A DNA stretch of 63,966 bases, the filler included, from Salisapilia sapeloensis CBS 127946 (lineage: Eukaryota > Protista > Oomycota), in the NCBI GenBank assembly GCA_023334545.1. It is 4 parts of 4 records of this genome, joined end to end, with 100 filler letters (N's around TTAATTAATTAA, not from the genome) between each part and the next. Parts side by side here need not be neighbours in the genome. Positions count along the whole stretch, not along the records: positions 42,667 to 62,767 come from JAADVB010000302.1; positions 62,868 to 63,966 come from JAADVB010001310.1; 2 more parts are not named here. One strand, written 5' to 3'. Each line of letters opens with the position of its first letter. Position 1 is the stretch's first letter. This document shows, in pieces, positions 56,552 to 63,966 of the stretch. The notes below the pieces were generated by a model. It saw only the letters and a program-made list of their open reading frames with translations, searched no databases and was not told the origin of the DNA. The position numbers were made by a program, and so were the translations under genes.

Positions 56552-58315
56552 TCATTGCTCTACTAATTCATCCAGTAGCATGGAAACAGACTTGTTCGTG
56601 TCGCTCAGCTTTTGGCATGCTGCTACGATGGCAGCGCGGAAATGAAGAGATCCTTTCTTCTTAAAAAGAGTGCCAAGATCGCGAGTCGTCTCGATGGGAT
56701 CTTCAATGCTGACGACTGCTTTTCGCCACACCTTAGCTTTCGTCCAGTTCTTCTCTTTCTTCGTCATCAATGCACGCTGTCGCAAGTTCACGACCGAGTT
56801 TGTCCAGTCAAACTTTCTCACGTAAAAGCAGAAAAATCGAACGGCAAGTACCCACCATGGTTCTACTTGACTCACGCAAAGTTCTGGATGTGCTGTTAAC
56901 GCCTCTTTGATTGACAAGCTCACAGTTTCTGGTGTTATCGTAGCAATCGTATCAGCGTCCTCTTTGTAGCAGCTCGTGATATCGATGACAGGTAGCTTTT
57001 CCTCCTGCTGCAAGTAGTGCAAGAACATGAGCAAGAGTCCGTAGGAGCTGATCTGATGGCCGAACGTAGCGTGATGACGTTGCCGCCAGCGTTTCAAGCA
57101 CAAAAATGCCTTTTGAATAGACAATCTTAGCGGTCCGCTGGCATCTATAAGCCCCCGAATGAGCTCCGTATTCCATAAAGCTGCCACGTTGTTTACGCTT
57201 AGCTCACATGGCACTGCTAGCATAGCATCTTGAAACTGTACGATAGGCACTCGGGCGTTTGTGATCGCGATAAAATTTGCATCGCTACTACTAGCTGCGT
57301 ACAGCTCCAAGTGTTCCTTCAGTTCGGCCACGATAGGAGCAGTGTCCTGGCGGAAGACGACGTCGGATGGGATGAGGACACAAAGATCCAAATCCTCAGA
57401 TCCGTTTTCCTCCGTTAATCCAGTTGATCTTGATCCGAAGGTGAAAACGCGAGCGTCAGGCCATAGCTGTTGTATACATTCTTGAATGCGATCGCGCACA
57501 TGATCACGCTCTGGATGACTCGATACCAGCGTTTTATGGACTTGTTGATCAGTAGAAGACTCTGCATGATCCCATTTTCCACGTACGACTCGCTGTTGCA
57601 ATAACAGAGAATAGCTGCTAGCATAAGATGGAATGAGGTGGAGCATCTTTTCTTCGGATAAACAGCGTTCCACCAACAAGCGCTGGAGATGCTTCCGTTC
57701 TGATTGCTGTTCTTCCGTCATAGACGATGTATCTTGCAGCAAAGATTTTACGGCATTTAAAGTCGTAGCACTGCTTATAGAAGAGGCTTGTTTCTGAGCT
57801 GATTGAAGCCATGGCCACAAGAACTCGTTTAATCGTACTTCGTTTGACAACATTGAAGTACTGGTATGCTGCAGAAACTTGGCTTTTAGAAGCATACTCT
57901 TCTCCGTATCAGTTTCAGCTTTTAAAATCTGTAAAGTCGTCTCCTGCTGAGGTTTTAGCCGTTTGGTGTAGTGTCCTGCGGCTTTAGCTGCCTCCATTTT
58001 CCACAGTAGATTATGCAGCAAGTGCATTTTGGCCTCTTCCGTGCCTATCTGGAGAACCATATTCTGTCCGACATCCCAATCTCGACTATCCACTTTCTCT
58101 CCCTTGTCTTGAGTGGTCGTGCACTTGGCAATCCATTCATCCAACGTCGCTAAGGACACCAGCTCGTCATTGCTACACTTTCTACTTGATACACCAGATG
58201 CATCAGCAAGTCCCGATTGCGCTCGTCTAGCAAGACGCTCTGCTTTGGATTTCTTCGCGCCCTTACTCCCATGTCGCTTCCTCTTCCGAGTACTTGCACC
58301 TGCCGTGGTACTCAT
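56552..58315 (-). CDS. Terminal nucleotidyltransferase (Cid1/TUT/TENT family non-canonical poly(A/U) polymerase)
   Basis: FGSRSTG...EDLDLCV, ARVPIVQF, CELSVNN, SSYGLLLMFLHYLQ and the PAP-associated IEDPIETTRDLG; basic NLS-like N-terminus. Confidence 0.88.
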   Translation of the reverse strand: MSTTAGASTRKRKRHGSKGAKKSKAERLARRAQSGLADASGVSSRKCSNDELVSLATLDEWIAKCTTTQDKGEKVDSRDWDVGQNMVLQIGTEEAKMHLLHNLLWKMEAAKAAGHYTKRLKPQQETTLQILKAETDTEKSMLLKAKFLQHTSTSMLSNEVRLNEFLWPWLQSAQKQASSISSATTLNAVKSLLQDTSSMTEEQQSERKHLQRLLVERCLSEEKMLHLIPSYASSYSLLLQQRVVRGKWDHAESSTDQQVHKTLVSSHPERDHVRDRIQECIQQLWPDARVFTFGSRSTGLTEENGSEDLDLCVLIPSDVVFRQDTAPIVAELKEHLELYAASSSDANFIAITNARVPIVQFQDAMLAVPCELSVNNVAALWNTELIRGLIDASGPLRLSIQKAFLCLKRWRQRHHATFGHQISSYGLLLMFLHYLQQEEKLPVIDITSCYKEDADTIATITPETVSLSIKEALTAHPELCVSQVEPWWVLAVRFFCFYVRKFDWTNSVVNLRQRALMTKKEKNWTKAKVWRKAVVSIEDPIETTRDLGTLFKKKGSLHFRAAIVAACQKLSDTNKSVSMLLDELVEQ

Positions 58316-58564
58316 GCTCGATTTGTGCCCAAAATGCGTGGCAGTGTGTAACTATGAAAGACTAGGAAAGCAGCAAATGCAAAAGATTTTTCATTCCCGG
58401 GTCCACCCTTAGTACCTCGATCCTTGCAAGCTTTCTTGTTATCCGGGGGGTTTCTACAAATCCACAATTGTCGGTGGCTATCGTATGGAGCATATCTCTC
58501 ATCTTTCATTGACAATACCGTCCTCCACTTCGATCGTGAACGAGGTATGTAGCCCATTGGCTTT

Positions 58565-59641
58565 CTACTGCTCTTGCGCAATATCATCTTCCGTCTCTTC
58601 CACAATGGCTCCGAAGGCCAAGAATCGCGAATATCGCATGTAACGACGGACGAGAACAGTCGATAGATCAGGGTCCGTCTCGAGGAACGTGTCGTTGTCA
58701 CGTGGAACGATCTCTGGTTCCTCCTGACGCTCGCCGCTTTCCATGAACCTCTCGACTGCCCTCAAATTCCCGCTGCTGGCGCACTCGAGCATGTACAGCA
58801 CCTGATTATGACGGTGGTGCCTCGCCACATCGACAGCCGTCTCTTCTGCCACGTTTGGCATATCCGGGTCGCCGCCAGCAGTGATGAGCAAGTAGACGCT
58901 CTGGACGTCTCCTTGCGCACATGCAAAGTGCATTGGAGAATTACCATCGCGGTCTTCCGCGTATGGGTCTGCGCCACGGTCCAACAGCATTTCCACGACT
59001 TCCGACCGCCCTTCTTGGCATGCAAGCATGAGTGCAGTACGTTGCGACCGGGAGGCTTCCACGTCACAACTCCATCGCTTCCGCTCTTCCTCTTGCACCG
59101 GCTTATGCTGTAAGAACTGACGCACGACGTCAGCGTGACCTTGCTTGGCGGCAATGTGCAGAGGCAGGAGTCCGTTGGCAGCATGCTGCGTGACGCTCGC
59201 ACCATTTTGGAGCAAAACGGTAACCATACGCTCTTTTCCGAGAGAGCTGGCAATGTACAATGCGCTGTAGCCGTCCAATGTCACGTCGTCGACGTCGGCA
59301 CCGTAGTGGAGAAGGACTTGAGCGACGGCGCAATACCCGTGCGACGCGGCCAAGTAGAGCAAGGACTGTCCCAAGGCCGTGCGTGCCTGTACGTCTCCGC
59401 CTGCGGAAAGGAGTTCCTCTACCTCATTCACATGTCCTTTCGAGACAGCGTCCAACAACTTGTGCTTTCGTGCTTTGGCTGCAGCAGCGAGTTTCGCGAT
59501 ATTTCGGCCGAGGAAATGCCAAAGACGCGTGGGGTTGTCATGCGGGACATTGCTCTTGGACTGCTTAGCAGCAGTGCGCGACTCGGTGTCCGGCAACGGT
59601 GCGTCTTGGGCTGGATTTTCAAATGTCATTGGAGACGGCAT
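58565..59641 (-). CDS. Ankyrin-repeat protein
   Basis: Tandem G-x-T/S-[AP]-L-H/Y-x-A repeats: GQSLLYLAA, GYSALYIAS, GLLPLHIAA, QRTALMLAC, GNSPMHFAC. Confidence 0.9.
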   Translation of the reverse strand: MPSPMTFENPAQDAPLPDTESRTAAKQSKSNVPHDNPTRLWHFLGRNIAKLAAAAKARKHKLLDAVSKGHVNEVEELLSAGGDVQARTALGQSLLYLAASHGYCAVAQVLLHYGADVDDVTLDGYSALYIASSLGKERMVTVLLQNGASVTQHAANGLLPLHIAAKQGHADVVRQFLQHKPVQEEERKRWSCDVEASRSQRTALMLACQEGRSEVVEMLLDRGADPYAEDRDGNSPMHFACAQGDVQSVYLLITAGGDPDMPNVAEETAVDVARHHRHNQVLYMLECASSGNLRAVERFMESGERQEEPEIVPRDNDTFLETDPDLSTVLVRRYMRYSRFLAFGAIVEETEDDIAQEQ

Positions 59642-60006
59642 GCTTTGTAGATAGGATAGGAGGGTCTCGACGACTGAAGTGGAGGGGGTGATATACGACG
59701 TCTGGGTCGTGTACGAAAGGGCGTGGTGTTTTTTCCGACCCTTTTGTGCCCGGTGCTTGCCTCGTTGGGAAGTGATGGAAGAATCGCTGATCGAGGGTGT
59801 CGATTTGTAATTTGCATCCCAATTTGCAGCATGATGCTTTCGTCGAAAAGCAGCTGGAAAGTACGCAACTGTACCTAATTTTTACATGATTCAAAAGTAC
59901 TGGACCGTGTGACAGTCGGACGAAATCAAGGCGGAGGTAAAAGCCGGGTAAAACCGTTGTTTTAGGACCATCGGCACGACAAACTGTTTAACACGGAGCG
60001 AGGTGA

Positions 60007-61285
60007 ATGGCAGGAAGGATGACCAAGGCCATGAGCCCAGTCGCGAGGCTCTCCATCGCACCCATGGTACGATACGTCGCACATGAATATGTGGAAATGC
60101 TAATATGGATACTAGATGGACTGGACCGATAGGCACTATCGATACCTCATGCGTCTCATCACCAAACATACGCTACTGTACACCGAAATGGTAGTCGACC
60201 AGACCGTACGTATTGCATGACGCAGTCTATAATCAAATTAATTATCTAATGGAATGCAATAAAGTTGCTGCATCAACGGAAGAACTTGGATTATTTTCTT
60301 GGTCATGATGCGACCGAAGCGCCACTAGCTGTCCAATTGGGTGGCAACAGCGTCGAAGATCTTGGAGGTACTCCCATGTCAATCACCCATCTACATCCGT
60401 CATCTCATACGTGATCTAGTTGCTGCCAAGATATGCCAGGACTATGGTGGCTTTTGTGAAATTAATCTCAACACTGGATGTCCGAGCTCGACCGTCTCTA
60501 AGCGTTGCTTTGGCGCCAAGCTCATGCTAGACCCCGATCTCGTTCGCGATATCTGTAATTCCATGCAAAGCCAGCTAGAGCCTTCGGAGCACAAGCCGGA
60601 AGTAACTGTCAAGTGCCGACTCGGCGTGGACGACCATGACAGTTACGAAGAGCTCCATCATTTTGTCTCGACGGTCGCTAGTGCCGGCATTACCCACTTC
60701 ATTGTGCACGCCCGCAAGTGCTGGTTGAAAGGCCTCAGTCCGCATGAAAACCGGACGGTTCCACCTCTTCAGTACGAACGCGTGTACAAACTCAAGGAAG
60801 ACTTTCCACATTTGTACTTTTCACTGAACGGAGGCGTCTCGGGCGTCGACCATGCGTTGGAACTACTTAAGACAACGCCAGTGGATGGTGTCATGATCGG
60901 TCGAGCTGCTTACAACTTTCCGTGGAAGCTTCGAGATGCCGATACGAAGATCTTTGGCGCAGCAGAAGATCCGAATTTCTCTAGACGCGAGATCATCGCG
61001 ACGTACCTTGACTACGCAGAGAAGCTGCAGGCCGAGTGGGGAGCTGACAAGCCTCTAACGGATGTGCCGTACACGATGCCAACGTCTGAACTGTTGAAGC
61101 CTCTGTTAACGTTGTTTGCTGGCGAACATGGTGGGAAGGCATTTAAGCGAGAGATTGCGAAGCAGTGGGGAGGGAAAGATAGTCGCCCAGCGCTTCGAGA
61201 TATGGTGTACAACGCCATCAAAGTCATCCCGGATGACGTGCTGGACGCAAGAGCGAATGATGTAATAGAGGAACAAGCTAGCTGA
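60007..61285 (+). CDS. dusA: tRNA-dihydrouridine synthase, DusA-like, multi-exon
   Basis: Spliced [48 protein letters not shown] (catalytic Cys), [13 protein letters not shown]...[27 protein letters not shown]. Confidence 0.9.
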
Positions 61286-61288
61286 TGT

Positions 61289-62477
61289 CTAAACTACGGT
61301 CTCTTGTCTACTTTCCAACCACGTCTCGTATTCATCCAGTGCATCGTACACGTCCGTGACGTTCTGAGCTCTCACGAATCGATCACGCACGACCTTGGCT
61401 CCTGGCAGCCCTTTTAGATAGGACGGATAAAACTTTTTCATGCGGGCGAAGCTGACGTGTCCTGGTGCTCCTAGCAGCTCCTCAAACACTTGTGTGTGCC
61501 ATCGAACGACCCGAAGGCGTTCCTCGATAGGAATTGCAGACACGCTGTCATGACCTTGAAATAGCCACGGGTTACCAAAGAGCGCTCGGCCGAACATGAT
61601 GCCGTCTAGATCGTAATAGGCTGCTTTCTCTTTCGCCTCCTTTACGTTAGCGACGTCACCATTGCCAATGATCAAAGTAGACGATTGTTGCTGCTTGGCA
61701 ATGTTCGCAACGTCCCCGATTACATCCCAGTGTGCTGGGACGTTAGACATCTCATCTCGAGTACGCCCGTGGATGGTAAGAGCCTCTGGTTCTGTCGACA
61801 GCAGTCGTAGAATCCAGTCGTGATAGTCGATATGATGGAACCCAATGCGAGTTTTTACACTCACAGGGATATCTCCACCTGCTGCTCGCATCGTTTCTGT
61901 GATAATGGACTGTAGAAGTGTTTAGTGAATGCAATCTAATAGATGTCGTACAGGAGAGCGTACTTGAGCAAGGTGGGGGTGAAGGATGAGAGCAGCTCCA
62001 CTTTGCTGCTTGATGACGTTATGCTCTGGGCATCCCATATTAATGTCGATGCCATCAAAGCCCATGTCTTTCACAATTAACGCGGACTGAATGCAATGGA
62101 TGTTAGTTTCTATGAAGTATGCTTTTCAACAATCGGATGCTGACCTCGTAAAATTGCTCAGGTTTCGAGCCAAATAGCTGGACCACTGTCGGTCTTTCAT
62201 TGTCTTTGTACATAAGCGTAGCCTCCATGCGCTTTCTAGATGTTGCATCGTGCGTAAGAGCTTCGCAACTGACAAATTCCGTCCACATCACCTGCATAAC
62301 ATCGTTGGTACATGATAGCAGCACATTATAAAGTTTTCCTGACGTTCAAGTAAAATGCAAAAGACATACCGAAGGCGGTGCTAGCTTGTTTATTACATGT
62401 CGGAACGCAGCGTCCGTGACGTTAGCCATCGGAGCTACACATAGTAACGGTCTCGGCAATTGCTGCCAGAAGCTCAT
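61289..62477 (-). CDS. Second tRNA-dihydrouridine synthase, bacterial DusB-like, multi-exon
   Basis: MSFWQQLPRPLLCVAPMANVTDAAFR, WTEFVS, VVQLFGS, DGIDINMGCP, VSVKTRIG, LTIHGRT, IGNGDV, GIMFGRALFGNPWLF. Confidence 0.88.
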
Positions 62478-62505
62478 TCGATTGAATTGGTGCCAAGTTT
62501 TATTT

Positions 62506-62767
62506 TTATTCGTTTCTATGGCCATTATGCATCTTTTGACAAGCTTATTTGGACACAAAGCACGAGATGGAGTTTGTGCCGACACCGACGGCCGATCCGA
62601 GCGCTGAGAAGCTCTTTCACGGAAGCACCTTGGTTGTGGTACGTCTATGCTTTTACAAGATACTACCAAGAAGCGCTTTTGATTTTGAGAACAGTGCTGA
62701 TGCTCTTGGATTGATATGGTGTAGCCGGCGGTCTCGTATGGGAACGTGGGACAGCTGACGCTGGATT
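62506..62767 (+). repeat. Right arm of the 262-bp inverted repeat
   Basis: Reverse complement of 42667-42928; both copies end at the same base (CTGGATT) at the contig edges. Confidence 0.95.
62567..62767 (+). CDS. PSMG2: PAC2/PSMG2 5' end, copy 2, cut by the gap
   Basis: Exon 62567-62638 (MEFV...KLFHGSTLVV), intron 62639-62724, then exon from 62725 (PAVSYGNVGQLTLD). Confidence 0.75.
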
Positions 62768-62867
62768 NNNNNNNNNNNNNNNNNNNNNNNNNNNNNNNNN
62801 NNNNNNNNNNNTTAATTAATTAANNNNNNNNNNNNNNNNNNNNNNNNNNNNNNNNNNNNNNNNNNNN
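62768..62867. other. Artificial contig spacer
   Basis: N44-TTAATTAATTAA-N44. Confidence 0.97.
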
Positions 62868-63160
62868 TACTCTGTTTTTTCCATTTCATCACATAAATCC
62901 TACCAATCATGATCTTCTACGTAAAAGTAAAGGGCCAAGTTTCCAGAGCACGTGCGACGTTTTTAAGCAAAAGATCGGTCGCTTGGTAGCCAGAGGTCGC
63001 CTAGACTTGGTTTATTAAGATATTTTATAGACATTGGCCCTCAACCCGGGGGTCTCTTTTGCAGAAGAATGCGTTACACGTGTATCTTTACATTGTAAGT
63101 TAACTGGTAACTTGGTATCTCGCCTTTCGTCTGTTGTGCTGGAGCGAATCGAAGGAACTG

Positions 63161-63176
63161 TTCATTCCGCATTTGT
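63161..63176 (+). promoter_or_regulatory. Inr+FPR core promoter of the CAP gene
   Basis: TTCATTCCGCATTTGT, a near-perfect oomycete TCATTYYNCAWTTT element about 45-60 nt upstream of the ATG at 63221. Confidence 0.7.
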
Positions 63177-63220
63177 CCGTCGAGCACCTACCTCCTCTTT
63201 CATCTACTCTCTCAAGAACA

Positions 63221-63966
63221 ATGCAGCTTTCTAAAATCATCTTTTTCATGACCACGGCCGTCGCAATGGTTTCTGCTTCAAATCTGCGCCAAGAATCTCG
63301 TTTCCTGAAAGGCGGGGAAGCATACAGCAGCCCTGATGACTTTCAAGAACAACTGCTGCAGCGTATAAACGAGAAGCGTGCGAAGAAGGGCAAGGACCCG
63401 CTCTGCATCAACTACAAGCTCACATATGCAGCTCAGCTTCACTCGGACAATGACGCCCAGAACGACGGCACGGTTGAAAACTCTCCGGGTAAAGGTCCAG
63501 ACAAGGGTCGCCACGTTGAAGCTAAAAACTACCCCTCTAAAAAGATCAAGCAAAACGTTGACGTTGGACAAGTCGACGTTGATGCAGTTGTGGACGCCTG
63601 GATGAAAGATCCAAAAACCCGTAAAAACATGCTGGGTAAGGGCTACCACTTTGGAGCAGGATACGCTTACAACCCGGACAGCGAAGGCTGCCACTATTGG
63701 ACAGCCAACTTTGGTAAAGCCAAAAAGGAAAAATGTGACAGCGACGCTCCTGACTACGCGAACGATCCGGAAACCCAGGCTCCTGACTCCTCAGATGCTC
63801 CTGACTCCTCAGATGCTCCTGACTCCTCAGATGCACCTGACTCCTCAGATGCACCTGACTCCTCAGATGCACCTGACTCCTCAGATGCTCCTGACTCCTC
63901 GGACGCTCCAGAAGTGAGTGAGGCTCCTGACTACACCGATGCACCGGAATACACGGACGCTCCGGA
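63221..63966 (+). CDS. Secreted CAP/SCP (PR-1-like, YkwD-type) protein with an acidic APDSSD repeat tail; runs off the window end
   Basis: MQLSKIIFFMTTAVAMVSA signal peptide; LLQRINEKRAKKGKDPLCINYKLTYAAQLHS; VVDAWMKDPKTRKNML; YWTANFG; then (APDSSD)n. Not in the ORF track because there is no stop before the window end. Confidence 0.85.
   Translation, partial: MQLSKIIFFMTTAVAMVSASNLRQESRFLKGGEAYSSPDDFQEQLLQRINEKRAKKGKDPLCINYKLTYAAQLHSDNDAQNDGTVENSPGKGPDKGRHVEAKNYPSKKIKQNVDVGQVDVDAVVDAWMKDPKTRKNMLGKGYHFGAGYAYNPDSEGCHYWTANFGKAKKEKCDSDAPDYANDPETQAPDSSDAPDSSDAPDSSDAPDSSDAPDSSDAPDSSDAPDSSDAPEVSEAPDYTDAPEYTDAP
63779..63966 (+). repeat. 18-bp coding minisatellite GC(T/A)CCTGACTCCTCAGAT
   Basis: Seven near-perfect units at 63779-63904 encoding APDSSD, then degenerate APEVSE, APDYTD and APEYTD units. 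Confidence 0.95.

Noticed and set aside
42667-62767. Giant DNA transposon with 262-bp terminal inverted repeats
   Set aside because: The repeats encode a spliced PSMG2 5' end, the interior is housekeeping genes, no transposase or integrase is visible, and the outer ends are contig breaks.
63278-63310. RxLR effector motif in the CAP protein (NLRQESRFLK) and in peptides A and B (NLRG, YLRS)
   Set aside because: There is no true R-x-L-R and no EER block; xLR after a signal peptide is common in stramenopile secreted proteins.
63546-63944. RSQVHL and LTPQM repeat ORFs in the track
   Set aside because: They are alternative frames of the 18-bp minisatellite; the real frame is the signal-peptide-bearing CAP ORF from 63221.
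1-63966. rRNA, tRNA, CRISPR arrays, retroelement or transposase ORFs
   Set aside because: None were recognised by eye on either strand; tRNAscan-SE, Infernal and RepeatMasker would be needed to exclude small or degenerate copies.

Overview
Compact, intron-containing eukaryotic DNA that looks oomycete (stramenopile): short GT-AG introns, oomycete Inr+FPR core promoters and oomycete-type gene families. The species cannot be determined from sequence alone. The window is four contigs (1-17207, 17308-42566, 42667-62767, 62868-63966) joined by artificial 100-nt N44-TTAATTAATTAA-N44 spacers, so adjacency across spacers is meaningless. It holds about 30 genes, mostly housekeeping: CIA2/MIP18, a DHHC palmitoyltransferase, TUG/ASPSCR1, an NSD-type SET protein, histone H1, two PP2C phosphatases, TPR, PPIP5K/VIP1, a TUTase-like enzyme, two Dus enzymes and PSMG2 5' ends. 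Two pseudogenes form a small decayed island. Most striking: (1) an uninterrupted fusion of a secreted four-copper multicopper oxidase to a ZupT-type ZIP transporter; (2) a spliced ~2,817-aa channel with four 6TM-pore-CNBD repeats in one chain and four different selectivity filters; (3) tiny secreted pre-pro-peptide genes, two of which share a C-terminal ESIGYPxRxGxPxWxxW core conserved despite synonymous codon divergence; (4) arogenate dehydrogenase-aminotransferase and CBS-PTC7 fusions; (5) a 20-kb contig bracketed by inverted near-identical PSMG2 5' ends. No rRNA, tRNA, CRISPR array or transposase was recognised. All family assignments come from motif recognition by eye; no database search was run.
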